Part shown: positions 49,187 to 61,723 of the stretch, one piece after another
Layout of the letters: each line of letters opens with the position of its first letter
How positions within the stretch are numbered: the first letter of the stretch is position 1
NCBI GenBank assembly: GCA_035084275.1
Contig: CM068757.1
Coordinates: 9,610,001-9,674,000 of the forward strand
DNA from: Hydrolagus colliei
Lineage: Eukaryota
DNA: 64,000 nt
Direction of reading: 5' to 3'
Notes under the pieces: model-generated
Databases searched by the model: none
Told to the model about the DNA's origin: nothing
What the model saw: the letters and a program-made list of their open reading frames with translations, nothing else
Translations under genes and position numbers: made by a program

Positions 49187-49632
49187 TATATATTATATTA
49201 TTCATAGCCATTTGTGGACCATTACTTTCCTCTTGATATGAAACATTGTATTTAAGTTCCTAAATTTGGGGTATCACAGCTCAGGGAGAATATGTCATAT
49301 TTGGAGGATGACCAGCATTGATTGACTAAATTACTGCCAAGGATGAAAGGACCAAGTGGATGGGTGGTTGTGTGTGTGTATATGTGGATGGGTGAGTGCA
49401 TGTGTGGATATGTCAGATCAGTCAGTCAGCCAGTCCTGGCAGAATAGACACAACAAATGGGCTAAATAATAAATCGCATACTTGGCATAGGGCATTTTGT
49501 GTCAGGAGGGCGCCCCAAAGTGCTTCAAAGGATACACTGTAAAGTGTAGTAACTGCATGTTTTGTGCATTGAATGGCCTCCTCCTGTTCCTGATTAACTA
49601 CAGCGGTGTTTGAAATTGTTATTCATTCTTAG

Positions 49633-49940
49633 CCACTCCGAAACTGGATGCGATCTGGAAAGCATCAGGGCTGGCGATCACCAAGGAGGAACTCGTACTG
49701 AACTGCAGAATCCACTCCTTTTCCCCAAAAGCTATTGGCGTTGTGTGGTGCAAAGATGGGGAGGAATTGCCCGAGAGCGTGGAGCTCAGTGATCCCATTT
49801 GTGGGAAGGATGGCCTGTATTGCTGCTTGAGCACGTTGAGATTAATGCCCATCAAAAATGCTTTTGCCAGCAAGTACACGTGCAGAGTTTACCATGAAAG
49901 TCTGGCTCAGCCCAAAGAGATGGAGTGGATCCTAGATTGA
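49633..49940 (+). CDS. Orphan canonical C1-set exon ending in a stop (ATPKLDAIW...LNCRIHSFSP...VVWCKDGE...YTCRVYHESLAQPKEMEWILD*)
   Basis: cattcttag|cc phase-1 acceptor; both canonical Cys and the C-strand Trp are present; TGA at 49938-49940, then a phase-1 donor g|gtacgt at 49944/49945. Confidence 0.7.
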
Positions 49941-50694
49941 TTGGGTACGTGAAACAAATAACAACATTTGGTGTGTTCAAGTCCACACTGATGCGTAATC
50001 TCACATGAGGCACCTCATCTAATCCCAGTCTTTTATTTACGTTCCGAACCCTTTAATCTTCCTCTCGATAAAATTGATCATTCACTTTATAGCTAATTGG
50101 AGGACTTTGCTTGTGTACATTAGCTACTGTGTTTGGTTATAAATACATAATCACTACACTTTAGGTTATATCCTATGGTTATATCGTTTGAGTCATCTTC
50201 CTGATGTGAAAGGCCCTCGATCAAATTCAAGAATAATAATTATTTATACCGATTACAGTCACTATGCAGAAAGCTCTGGGAGTGCATTTTGTTGCCTTTG
50301 GCATTGTTGTAATGCAAATAACTTTTTTTATCTGTAGTCAAACCTGTTTAAGCAGCTGACTCTATTCAGCAACCACCGCTGTCAACAACCATACTGTAAC
50401 AGCCTGGATATACATTCTACATGCAGCTATAATAATAATGTTTGCATGTGATATAATGCTTTACTGCATTTTGTCTTTGAGATGTCTCAAAGTGAATTGA
50501 GATGAACCCTTACCCAGTCGCCAACAACTTGCATTTACATACTGCCCTCCATGCCGGGCGGTGTCTCAGAGCGCTTCAGAATGGCGGAGCCTAAGACTTA
50601 TTTTAAGCTATTTGTTTTTTTTGACCTGCAGATTCATACAGTGAAAGTTCAAGAATTAGCACGGACTAATCCAGTGAGGGAGCAGGATCAAGAA

Positions 50695-53600
50695 CTCAAC
50701 AACAACAACAACAACAACAAATTACACTTATAAAGCGCCTTTCATGTCGGGAGGACGTCCCAAGGCGCTGCACAGGAGGCGTGTGACCCAAGCTGGGAGG
50801 GGAGTGTTCGGGGAGGGGTGAAACACGTAGGGGAGGTCGAAAAATTCTGGGTGGAACAAAAGGCACGGTCGAAGAGGAAAGTCTTCAAACCGGCCTTGAA
50901 AGAGGAAAGGGAAGAAACGAGACGGAGGGATTGAGGGATGGAATTCCATAAGGTGGGAACGGAAAAACTGAAGGCCCGGCCTCCGATGGTGGGGCGGTTC
51001 GGGCGGGGGGCTTGGAGCAGGCCAAGTCCTGCTGAACGGAGGGTCCGGGTGGGCTTGTAGGGCAGGCCCGTACGCAGGGGGGGTGCGACGGGTGCGTACG
51101 CACCCCCCCAAATTATAAAAGGTCCACATTTTCCGGGGTAGAGAATTGTAATTTTTTATCACATTTAACTACCAAGTAAAGTAAATTTATTGAGCATTTG
51201 TGTAACAATCAGTTCTTCAAAACTATGTAAAAATTATAAACACACATCTTTGAATGTTTTAGTATTAATATAAAATTATCGAGTCGCACACCAGAATCGG
51301 CGTCTAACCCAAAACATACCGCGTCGATAGACGAGTCAATGACTCGGCGAGTCTGTGACTCGTGACTGGATAAACAAGACTCAAATCCTCGTTGGAAATC
51401 ATCCCGTATACAGCCACAAGGGACAGCACCACTACTGGAAGTTAAAATCATCTTTTAATCTGATCACCGTAAGTAAAAATTGCTCAAGTTTTGAGAGGTG
51501 TGACTGTAATGCTCGCAAACAATGACAACATATTTACAAGCTTCTGAGAAATTAAAGCTTTTGAGAACCCTACAAAAAAGTTATATGGTGGACGGGAATG
51601 CCTATCTTTAAAAGAAATACTCATGGACGTAGACCTATGCATTAGCGCCTATTCTACGTGGTGTGTCAATCGGAAATCATCCCGTATACAGTCACTACAT
51701 AAAAAGGTAGCACCACTTTGTGGAAGCTGAAATCGTATTTTAATCTGATAAATGTAAGTAAAAATCACTTAAGTTTTGATAGGCGTGTTTCTGAAATATC
51801 ATGTTTCTTGTTTTGTCTTGATTATCACATTTGATTTATATTATTAAAAATGTATTCCTGTAATTAAAAATTGCTTTTAGAGACGTCCACTGGCATGCAA
51901 AAAAAAATGACTGCAAAGATAAACAGTGCTACTTTATTTCACATTCAGTTTTGTACCCAGAGTGAAAAAACATCAATGTCGCACGAATTTGGCATAAAAA
52001 TAGTTTCACCATCATCTGATCGAGCGAACTCGGGCATTGACAACCACACTTCTCCACTGATCCCTTCTCTCCATGCAGCCTGACAACTCCCGCCTGCCAA
52101 TACCCGAATCGCGCTCCAGAGTATCGATGTAGGTTAGGGTCGGTCTACCTCGTGTTCTGTGACCGTGCAATGGTTCCCATAGGATATTAGGACTATCGAC
52201 AGTTTCCTCCCGGCTTCTCCAGCTATGTCCGCTAAACGTAAGACGCCTCTGCAGTAATGTCTGTGATACCAGTGTGGTAGTGTACCATATAGCTCACTAT
52301 TTGTCAGATGCTGTCGCCAGTAAACGTTCAGGGCGTCTCTTAGAAGCCTGGTATATACCTCATGAGTCACCTAATCTCCTGGTCAAGGTTTGCGTAAGTG
52401 TCCAGCATTCTGCTGAAGTTGCCGAGCCCCTTATAATTATACAACATAGGTCTACTCATTTCGTTAATGATATCGGAAACATCATAAATGCTACTCTGAG
52501 CCCTGAGGAGTTGACCAATGCAATTGAAAAACTTGATGTTGCATATAAATACCATCTCTTGACAAGCCACTTCATCCCATCTGAAGATTACATTTTCCCG
52601 TCACGGTTCCTTCACCATTGTCAGTGCCAGTTCAAGATGAGATACTTGCGAGATTATAAATGGATGGTCTACAGTCCTTCATTAGATGCTGCCTTTTGCA
52701 TTCACTGTGCACTGATGGTCCAAACAAGTGAGAGGAAACGGATGGGGGCATTTGTTAATACACCCTTTACCATGTTTTACAAACTAAACGAGAAGGCGAA
52801 GGAACATGAACGAAATGGTTATCACGTAAATTCAATGATTAGATCGGCATCAATGCGCGACTCTGTTGCAAACCCACAACATAAGATAGACATTCGTTTG
52901 GTCGATGAAAAGAAGAAAAACATTGAAAGAAATCGACATATCATAAGAACAGTTGCCGAAGCTGTATTATTCTGTGGACGTCAGTGCATTGCACTTACAG
53001 GAGATAATGAAAGAGTCGTGGAAAGTAACACCGTTACGAGTGACGGCACACATTACAAAGGTAATCCGGGAAACTTTCTGGCAGCCCTACAGATGATTGC
53101 GAAGCATGACGAGGTTCTTCGACATCACCTTGATAGTATTGGGCTCGCAAATAGGAATTCTAAATATACCTCACCTAGAATACAGAACGATATCATCACA
53201 ATCATCGGCCATGATATAATCCGCAGTGATTATTACATTATTGTTCATTACAGTCCGAAAGAAATTGAGTCTTAGGATAACAATGCAGAACAACTTATTA
53301 ATTACTGTCAATCTGTAGTTTATGATCATTTTCTCTTATACGCATACATTTATCAAGCATTCGTCATTGTACTGTTTTAATTGGATTGTAATTTACTTTA
53401 TCGTTCACATTCCGTTCAGCATCGAGTCAACAATCGTGTTTGTTTTTATTGGCGAACACATTCGACCTTCTCAAAAAATTTAGACACGGACTACCGGGGA
53501 AAATAAAAACACTGAATAAATAATGATGCTCTTAAACACCAAGGGCATGAAACATTTACCGTTCATATTGGATCTTCTGAACCGAATAAATAAGACCTCA

Positions 53601-53785
53601 AACTGTGTAAAACGTCGGAGCCTCGAGGGGGTTTCTGGGGCAGCCCGCAAGCCCCCGGCCATTGTTGGTCCCATCACTAGCAATTCGCACCCCCCATTAA
53701 AAATCCTGCGTACGGCCCTGTAGGGGGAGAGTAGATTGGTTAAGTAGGGCGGGGCAATGGACTGAATGGGCTACTCTTGGCTCCT
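50695..53785 (-). mobile_element. L2 3' fragment split by the hAT insertion (50695-51062 and 53721-53785)
   Basis: The two parts join into the reverse complement of about 45690-46100. Confidence 0.8.
51063..53720 (+). mobile_element. Non-autonomous hAT (Tip100/Zaphod-type) transposon with a partial transposase at about 52480-53230
   Basis: TIRs CAGGCCCGTACGCAGG / CAGGGCCGTACGCAGG (15 of 16); TTF-type Zn-finger motif YKWMVYSPSLDAAFCIHC and DUF4371-like LFCGRQCIAL...GNF...YTSPRIQNDII; no catalytic C-terminal region. Confidence 0.85.
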
Positions 53786-55234
53786 TGGTTCCAATGGGTT
53801 GCAGTTTTCTAGTTTTCTCTTTCATCTGTCTTGGAATTTTCCAGCACTTGCTTTCTGGGTGGGTAAAGGAAACTCAATGGGTAGTTTTTGTTACACAGAG
53901 AACAATCAACAGCTCTTCTGGGCCACCAGGAAGGGTGGTTAAAGCTGGGATACGGAACTCCTTTAAGAAGTGGGTCTGCTTTGGGATGGGAAGATGATAG
54001 TATTTGTTTTCTGGAAAGTTGTGATCAAATGGTCAGATATTCTCTATTCACACTTCTTTTCATTTTAAATAGGGAGCTTTGGGGGAAACATAGTTGCAAT
54101 TGTTACATTTTCAAAGTTCACTGTATATACTAATTGACTCAAGATGAGTTTTCTCAGGGGAAAGAGTTGTACATTTTTGGAATGCAAAACATCAGTTTCC
54201 ATTCACATCTTTTATTTCTTGTAAATGGTGTGATTTTCTCCACATTCCATAAACAATTCCACCTAAATAACTTTGTTATCGGTCTTAAGAGTTTCTAAAT
54301 ATTGGATAGCCAAGAACTAACATTCTATGATCTGTATTTTACTTTGTACTCTGAATAAACACTACGTGCCTTCAGCTATTACCCCACCAAGGGTCTGGAA
54401 CTCCCTTCCTCACTCCCTTTGCCTTGCCTCCTCTTTTCCTACTTTCATGTCTCGGCTAAAGACCTTTCTTTTCGATCACGCTTTTGGTCACCTTCTTTCC
54501 CCTCCCCCTGGCTCGGCTATAACAATAACGGATCCCCCTGGATCCATTATTGTGAAGCGCTCTGAAACGCTGTCCGGCATGGAGGGCACAATATAAATTC
54601 AAGTTGGTGTTGTTGAACTGTACATTGTAAATTTAATACAGATGTGGCGCTTATTTCCAGACCACTGTGAATTTTTTTTATTCCAGGTACATTACTGATT
54701 TAGTTCAGTCTCTTGTAATTCGGGTGAAGATAAAGGGATTGAATAGATCAACTTAAAGGTCCTGCTCTTAAATATAAATCCGTTCTTGCCCTGACACATT
54801 CTTTGCCCTCTGATCTGCTCCTTCTCCACTCCCCCGCCATACACCATACTTTAATTCACTACTCCCCCTAATGTTTGGAATTCCCTGCCGCCATACTTCT
54901 GTCTTGCCCCCAAACTAAATTCCACCTTAAAACCTATCTGCAACTCTGCTGCAGTTCATAGCATTTTTTCCCTCACAATCTTTGCAGTTTTAGGCTTGCA
55001 TTCTAGGCTGGGACTCCAGTGCAGTGGTGGTGGGGTTGCAGCACTTTCAGAGGTGATGTCTTTGGAGTAAATATTAAACTTGGGTCCCATCTGAGACAGG
55101 CAGGAAGGACCAACGTTTTACATCTTATCTAGGGATGGGAGCTCATCTAAAGGAGAGATGAAAGCCATCCAAAGCCAGATGTACTTCAGAACCACAAAGT
55201 GACCTTGCTGTCATAAAAGAACAAAGGGAATGAC

Positions 55235-55460
55235 GACAACAACAACAACAACAAATTACATTTATAGAGCGCCTTTCACGTCGGGAAGACGTCCCAAGGC
55301 GCTGCACAGGAGGCGTGTGACCCGAGCTGAGAGGGGAGTGTTTGGGAAGGGGTGAAACACGAAGGGGAGGTCGGAAAATACGGGGTGGAACAAAAGGCAC
55401 GATCGAAGAGGAAAGTCTTCAAACCGGCCTTGAAAGAGGAAATGACAAACGTGCCATTCA
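55235..55460 (-). mobile_element. L2 3' tail fragment
   Basis: Same tail as 50695 and 46000. Confidence 0.75.
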
Positions 55461-56420
55461 CTCAGTGGGGTCCTTCGGGACAGCGGCTCGTACATATTGT
55501 AATCATTCAGGTTAACGGATCATTCAGGTCATGTTCCTGAGTCTCGGGATTTTCCTGGTACAAATGTTTGCTGCCTTTGACTACAATAACAGCTCATCAA
55601 AGATATTGACTACAATAACAGCTCATCAAAGATCTCGAAAAGAGAAGGGAGTTTCTCCCGATCTACTGAACAACAAAATAAATATTTTGGGTGATTTGTT
55701 TCACGGCTGTGTGTGGGACATCACTGTGTGCAATTGAGCTGCCGTGCCGTTTACTTCATAGTAAATCCTATGACGTCTCTGGAGAGACAATCTCCAGACG
55801 TGATAAGATGCTATGGAGCACTGTAACATATTGGTTAGAACACTCAGCCCTCCCGTGAGGACCTGGGTTTGATTCCTGAGCTGGGCAAAACATTAGGCGA
55901 ATTTCCTCCCTTCACACGGCTCTGTTTATCCAGCAGTAAGAAGGAACCCAGTTGCTAGTTGATCAGCGGATTGCTTATTTGGGCGTAATATTCCCCTAAA
56001 AAGAAATGTGTTCACTCAATCCGTGAATGTTTGTGGGACACTCCGGTGCGCAATTGGCTGTTGCGTTTCGCCTGCAAAATATACAGTCGATTCACTGAAC
56101 AGTGTAAGCGCTCGGAGACGCCGCGCGGCCTGGAGGGCGCTCTGCAGATCAAAGTTGTTGTTGTTGTAGTCTGCGCAGTGCTTTCAGACATGTCAAAGAG
56201 GTGATAGGCTGCTAATATCAAATACAACGATCATTGAATGCATCAAATGCAAGTATTTTACTTTAACAATCACACAATTAGTCAAGATGACCCGTGAGAC
56301 GCTATTGGTCCCTTTCACCAGCCCTCCTGACTTCACACAAATGACGATAACTCGGGATCTGTGTTCGCAGCTTAAAGCTAATCTGCTGTGAACACAATGA
56401 TAGCGTTAAACACCATCCCT

Positions 56421-56429
56421 TTCCGAGAA
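56421..56429 (+). promoter_or_regulatory. GAS element upstream of the third gene; ISRE reduced to a single GAAA
   Basis: TTCCGAGAA intact; cagtgaaagcac lacks one gtgaaa unit compared with 16221 and 44230. Confidence 0.5.
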
Positions 56430-56541
56430 ATCATACACCAGTGAAAGCACAGCCCCAGTCAGTTCGGCTGGAAGCTGGAGAGAGAGAGAGAGACAGACAC
56501 AGAGAGAGACAGACATGTTGAGGGGGACAAACTCGGCTATA

Positions 56542-56614
56542 ATGTCCTCACCCGGTGGAGCTGCCAGGGCGCTGACCCTCGTCCTGATCCTCGGGGCTTG
56601 GATTGCAGGATCAG
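56542..56614 (+). CDS. NCR3LG1: Leader exon of the third B7-H6-like gene
   Basis: 73 nt, same peptide as 16324, phase-1 donor. Confidence 0.85.
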
Positions 56615-57164
56615 GTACAGAAAATGCGCAAACGTTAGACTGATTTGCTGCTGGATCCCACCGCTGAGCGAGACACAGAGACACACCGCTAACTGGAGGC
56701 TGCCCTGGGGGGGGGGGGACACAGCCTGAAGGGTCTGTGTTTGGGGTTTAGCTGATAAACAGTGACCGCCGCCCAGCGCATCAATCAGTGAGTGGCCCCT
56801 TTTCGGGGGTCTCTCCATTCTCTCCCCACAGTGGGGTTTACCCTCCCCCCCCCCCCCCCCACCCCCCCGTTATTTCAGTGGTCAGCAGCGCAAACAGGAA
56901 GCGTTTTGGAGCTGGGGCAAGGAACAGACATTTTGTAATCGCAGTTTCAAATTTGCTCTATCAGCAGTTGGCTACCAGGTTAACATGGAGGGGAAATCGG
57001 GTGGGGTTTTTAACTCAAAGTTCAAGAGAGCTCTCTGCAGCCTGTGTAAATTGGGTTGTTGTGATGGATACTGTATAACATGAAGTTTATGTGTTAAGCG
57101 CCGGGGCAGGTGCATTGGAAAGATTGAAGAGCCCAACCCTGTGAAACGCCTCCCAGTTTGAGAG

Positions 57165-59050
57165 AAACTTACATAAGAATTAGGAGCAGGAGTGGGCCAT
57201 TTGGCCCCTCAAGCCTGCCCTGCCATAACTCTAATTAACTGCTCGATCCCCATATCCCCTAATCCCTCTAGTTTAAAAAAATCTATCAAGTCTCAGCCTT
57301 AAAAATGTTCGAGGACTGAGAATCTATACCCTCTGAGTGAAGACATGTTTCTAAAAGGCTGATTCATAATTTTAAGACTATGACCCCTCTGGTTATAGAT
57401 TCTCCTACCAGGGGAAACAGTCCCTCATTGTCTACTTTATCCAGCCCTTTAAGAATCTTATAAGTTTCAATAAGATCTCCCCTAATTCTTCTGTACACTA
57501 ACATGTCGTTCGCCTTCTTAGTTGCTTGATGTACCTGCAAACTAACTTTTTGTGACTGATGTACAAGGACACCCAAATCCCTCTGAACACTAACACTGTC
57601 TATTCTCTCCCCTTCTAGAAAATAATCTGTTTTTCTATTTTTGCTACCTAGGTGAATAACTTCACACTTCCCCACATTAAATTCCATCTGCCACCTACTT
57701 GCCCACTCCCCTAGCCTATCTATATCCTGTTGCAATCTTTTTGCATCATCCTTAGAGTTTACTCTCCCACCTAGTTTAGTGTCATCCACAAATTTAGATA
57801 CGTTACATTCAATGTCCTCGTCTAGATCATTGATGTAAGTTGTAAATAGCTGAGGCCCAAGCACTGATCCTGGTGGCACTCCACTAGTCACATCCTGCCA
57901 ATTCAAGAATGACCCATTTATCCCTTCTCTCTGTTTTCTACCCGTTAGCCACTCTTTCAATCCATGATAATATGCTCCCATTAATCCCGTGGGCCTTAAC
58001 CTTGCGCAATAGCCTTTTATGTGGCACTTTGTGAAATGCCTTCTTAAAATCTAAATATACTACATCTGCTGGTTCTCTCCTATCTAACCTGCTAGATATA
58101 TCCTCAAAAAAACTCTTAACAGATTAGTTAAGCATGACTTCCCTTTTGTAAAGCCATATTGACTCAGCCTAATCTTGTTATGGTCTTCGAGGTATCCCAT
58201 AACGACATCTTTAATTAAGGATTCAAGAATTTTCCCTGTCACTGATGTCAGAATAACTGGTCTATAATTCCCCATCTTTTCTCTCCCACCCTTCTTAGAT
58301 AGTGGAGTTATGTTTGCAATCTTCCAATCACTGGGAACCATTCCAGAATCCAGAGAATTTGGGAAGATCAAAGACAAACCACCCACTATTTCAGTAGCCA
58401 CCTCTTTTAAAAACCCTAGGATGTAGGCCATCGGGTCCGGGGGATTTATCAGTTCTTAGACCTGACAATTTACCTAAAACCAATTCTTTACTAATATTAA
58501 TTTCCCTAAGTTGCTTGCTAACATTGTGTTCTTGGTTCCCCTCTATTCTTGGTAGGCTTTTGGTGTCTTCTAAGGTGAAGACAGTAGCAAAGTACTTGTT
58601 TAATGACTCTGCCATGTCTATGTCCCCAATTACAATTCCCCCTGTCTCTGCCTGTACGGACCCACATTTACCTTTGATAGCTTCTTCCTCTTTATACATT
58701 TGTAAAACCTCTTGCAGTCTGTCTTTATATTCCTTGGTAGTTTGCCTTCATATTCCATTTTCTCCCCTTAATCACTGTTTTGGTTCTCCTTTGTTGATCC
58801 CTAAAGCTATCCCAATCCTCGGGTTTACTACTCATCTTAGCTGTTTTATAGGTTTCTTCTTTTAACTTGATACTTTCCCTAACTGCTCTAGTTAGCCATG
58901 GCTGGACCACCCGTGGCATTCTTATTCTTCAAAGGAATATGTGCTCACTGGGAATTTTGCATTATCTCTTTAAGCGTCTGCCATTGTTGATCTACTGTCA
59001 AATCCTTAAGTCTAATGTCCCAGTCTATTTTAGCTAAATCATCTCTCAAA
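57165..59050 (-). mobile_element. CR1-clade LINE 3' part
   Basis: PGPDGLHPRV, NYRPVILTS, QYGFTKGKSCLTNL, GVPPGSVLGPQLF..YINDL, SKFVDDTKLGG; frameshifted. Confidence 0.9.
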
Positions 59051-59279
59051 TTTTTCACTCTCTCAGCTGCCACCCAGAGGCCAATTGTTAGTGTGTCCTG
59101 GGGCAGTCATGTAAACTTGTACAAGGTGAGGAAAGTCACATGGCAGCCAAGAAAATAGTGAAAATAACCAATTAAGCATTTATCAACAACAAATTACAAT
59201 TGTATAAAACCTTTAATGTGGGGAGGATATCACAAGGCACTGGGCAAACAGGATTTTGACCAAAGTAGGGGTTGGGATC

Positions 59280-60520
59280 AGTACAACAACAACAATAAAA
59301 GTACATTTATAGAGCACCTTTCACGTAGGATGGACTTCCCAAGGCGCTGAACCATCAGATCGGGACCCGAGTAAGGGGGGAAGGGTCAGGGTAGGGGTAA
59401 GGGGATAAAGAGTAGCAAAGAGAAGAGAATTAGGAGGGCAGCAGAAGGCACGGTTGAAGTGGAAGGTCTTGAGACCGGCGTTGAAGGAGGAAAGGGAGGA
59501 AGCGAGGCGAAGGGATTGCGGGATGGAGTTCCAGAGTGTAGGGGCAGAGAGGCTGAAAGCCCGGCCACTGATGGTAAGGCGGTTCGAGCGGGGGACATGG
59601 AGTAGGGTTGCAAAGCTGTGAATGGCCTTGAAAGTGAGGACGGGGATCTTGAATTAGATCCCCTGGGGGATGGGGAGCCAGTGGAGGCGGGCGAGGGTGG
59701 GAGTGATGTGGTCTTGGAGCTTAGTACGGGAGAGTACATGAGCTGCAGAGCTCTGAATAGTCTGGATCTTGTGAAGGGAGGAGCTGGGAAGGCTGATGAG
59801 GAGAGAGTTCCCGTTGTCAAGCCTTGATGTGATCAACGTGTAAACAAGCGTTTCAGCAGCTTGGGGGGTGAGGCAGTGGTGGAATCTGGCAATGTTGTTG
59901 AGGTGGTGGAAGGCAGTTCCGGTCATGGTGCAGATTTGGGGGAGGAAGGACAGTCCAGGATTGAACAAGACGACCAGATTTCTGACTGACTTTGAGAGAT
60001 GGAGAGTACAGCCTTGGTTGGATGCTTTTGTTGCCAGCGCCTGAGGTGTGGAGGTGCTGACACGAGCCAATTAGGAGGGCCTCCGGCTTGTTGACATTTA
60101 GTTGGAGGAAGTTGTCCCTCGTCCAGGAATCAATGTCAGACAGACACGCAGTCAGAAAGCCAGTAGTCCTGGAGTTGAGGGAGGAAGCGGAAAGGTAGAG
60201 TTGGGTGTCATCCGCATACATGTGGAAATTTACCTCATGTGTTCGGATGATGTCACTGAGGGGGAGAATGTAGAGGGTGAAGAGGAGGGGGGGGGGCAAG
60301 GACAGAGCACTGAGGGACGCCACAAGACGTGCGAGGGCTTGTAGAGTGAGTGATTTGAGAGGAAAGAGCGGAGCTGGGAGGCAACTACTCTTTCAAGGAC
60401 AGGAGGAATGGAGGTCAGGGAGGACAGGGGTAAAATGGTGACCACAGGCGTGGTTGAACAAGGAGGGTCTTGAGTCTTCCCAAAGACAGCCCTGGTCAAA
60501 ATCTCAAACCACATTCTTAA
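59280..60520 (-). mobile_element. L2 LINE 3' part
   Basis: [39 protein letters not shown]. Confidence 0.9.
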
Positions 60521-61387
60521 CATCTGATGAGCAAAGTCACATGCGCAGCCAAGGAAATTGGGGAAAATATCTTATTGAGAGTTTCTCCACAATCACGGCA
60601 ACTTACCGTGTATGTAACGTGCTTCAGGAGGGTGGCATCTTGGAGCACTTGACAGCGGCAAGATTTCACGCCAACCTGGAGAGAGAGGGGGGGTGACCGA
60701 AAGTGCGGTCAAAGAGAAAAGTCTTCAATTGCAATTTGAAGACGGACAAAAAAGAGTTGAAATGAAGGGATTGAGGCAGCAAACTCCAGAGGTTCGGAGT
60801 ATAATGGCTGAAAACACGGCCACTATATATTCAGTTGAGGGGATGAGGCCGTGCAAAGTGACTCAGTTGAGCTATGGCAGTCGGTAGTGGAGTGGGTGTG
60901 TGTAAGCAGATCGCAGAGGTCGGGAGGGATCAGGGTCGGAATTGATTTGCATGTGAGAGGGAGGATCTTGAAATCGATCTGTTCTGCAATAGGCAGCCAG
61001 TGGAGTCTTGCAGGGACTCGGGTAATTGGGGTGCAGAGTCTCAAATGGGTGAGGACATGGGCGGCAGAGTATTGCCTCAACCCGTTATTCTCTGGATAAC
61101 CTTCAGGGTACAATTCCATAGGCACAAGCTGTGCATCAGTGCTCTGCCCAAGGGGTCCATTAATTGCAAATGCACACGAGCATGCTGTTTAACATTCACC
61201 CCTTGGTGTTGTCAACAAACGCATGGGTAGGACTAGATTCTCTTTCTACAATATTCTTGAAGCAGTAGCTCATCCCAACCTATGAATTTTAACCTGCTTC
61301 TAATCTCAGATAATCAAACCTGCTATTCTGGTGTTTAAAATGCTCAGTTGTCATCAATGTTTTGGAATGCCTGTTGTTTTTACACAG

Positions 61388-61723
61388 ATGCTTTGGAGAT
61401 GACAATATTTAAAGAGCCATTGGAGGTCTTATTGAATGAAGATGTTGTCCTCGAATGTAACGTAACTGGCTTCACTGAGCAGGTTCTCAACCTTGATATT
61501 GTTGCTGTTGAGTGGAATTTGGGCTCCAGTCAAGTCTATTCATTTAATGGAGGGGACATTAGTGCAAAAAGAACAGGAGCAAAAATAATGAGAGAAAACT
61601 TGAAGAGTGGAGATGCCTCACTACATCTCCCGAAGGTGCAGATTTCCGATGAGGGCTATTACACGTGCATTGTTTTTGTGACCCCAGAAAAAGTGGAAAA
61701 GCGTTCGTCCATTGTGGTGCTCG
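61388..61723 (+). CDS. NCR3LG1: Ig V-set exon of the third B7-H6-like gene (remaining exons presumably beyond the window)
   Basis: acacag|at ... g|gtaagt, 336 nt; LKSGDASLHLPKVQISDEGYYTCIVFVTPEK matches the B7-H6 LKSGDASL...C.V.VTP.K motif. Confidence 0.9.

Noticed and set aside
49633-49940. Calling this exon B2M
   Set aside because: Has a C-strand Trp, lacks the beta2m DW Trp, and has no beta2m-type leader; the resemblance may be generic C1-set
52274-53275. 333-aa ORF as a domesticated ZMYM/THAP12-like host gene
   Set aside because: Lies between hAT TIRs inside an L2, has an N-terminus formed by antisense RTE DNA and lacks the catalytic region
53897-53997. Possible terminal exon after ttttgttacacag
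   Set aside because: No recognisable domain and no upstream partner in matching phase; unsupported without transcripts
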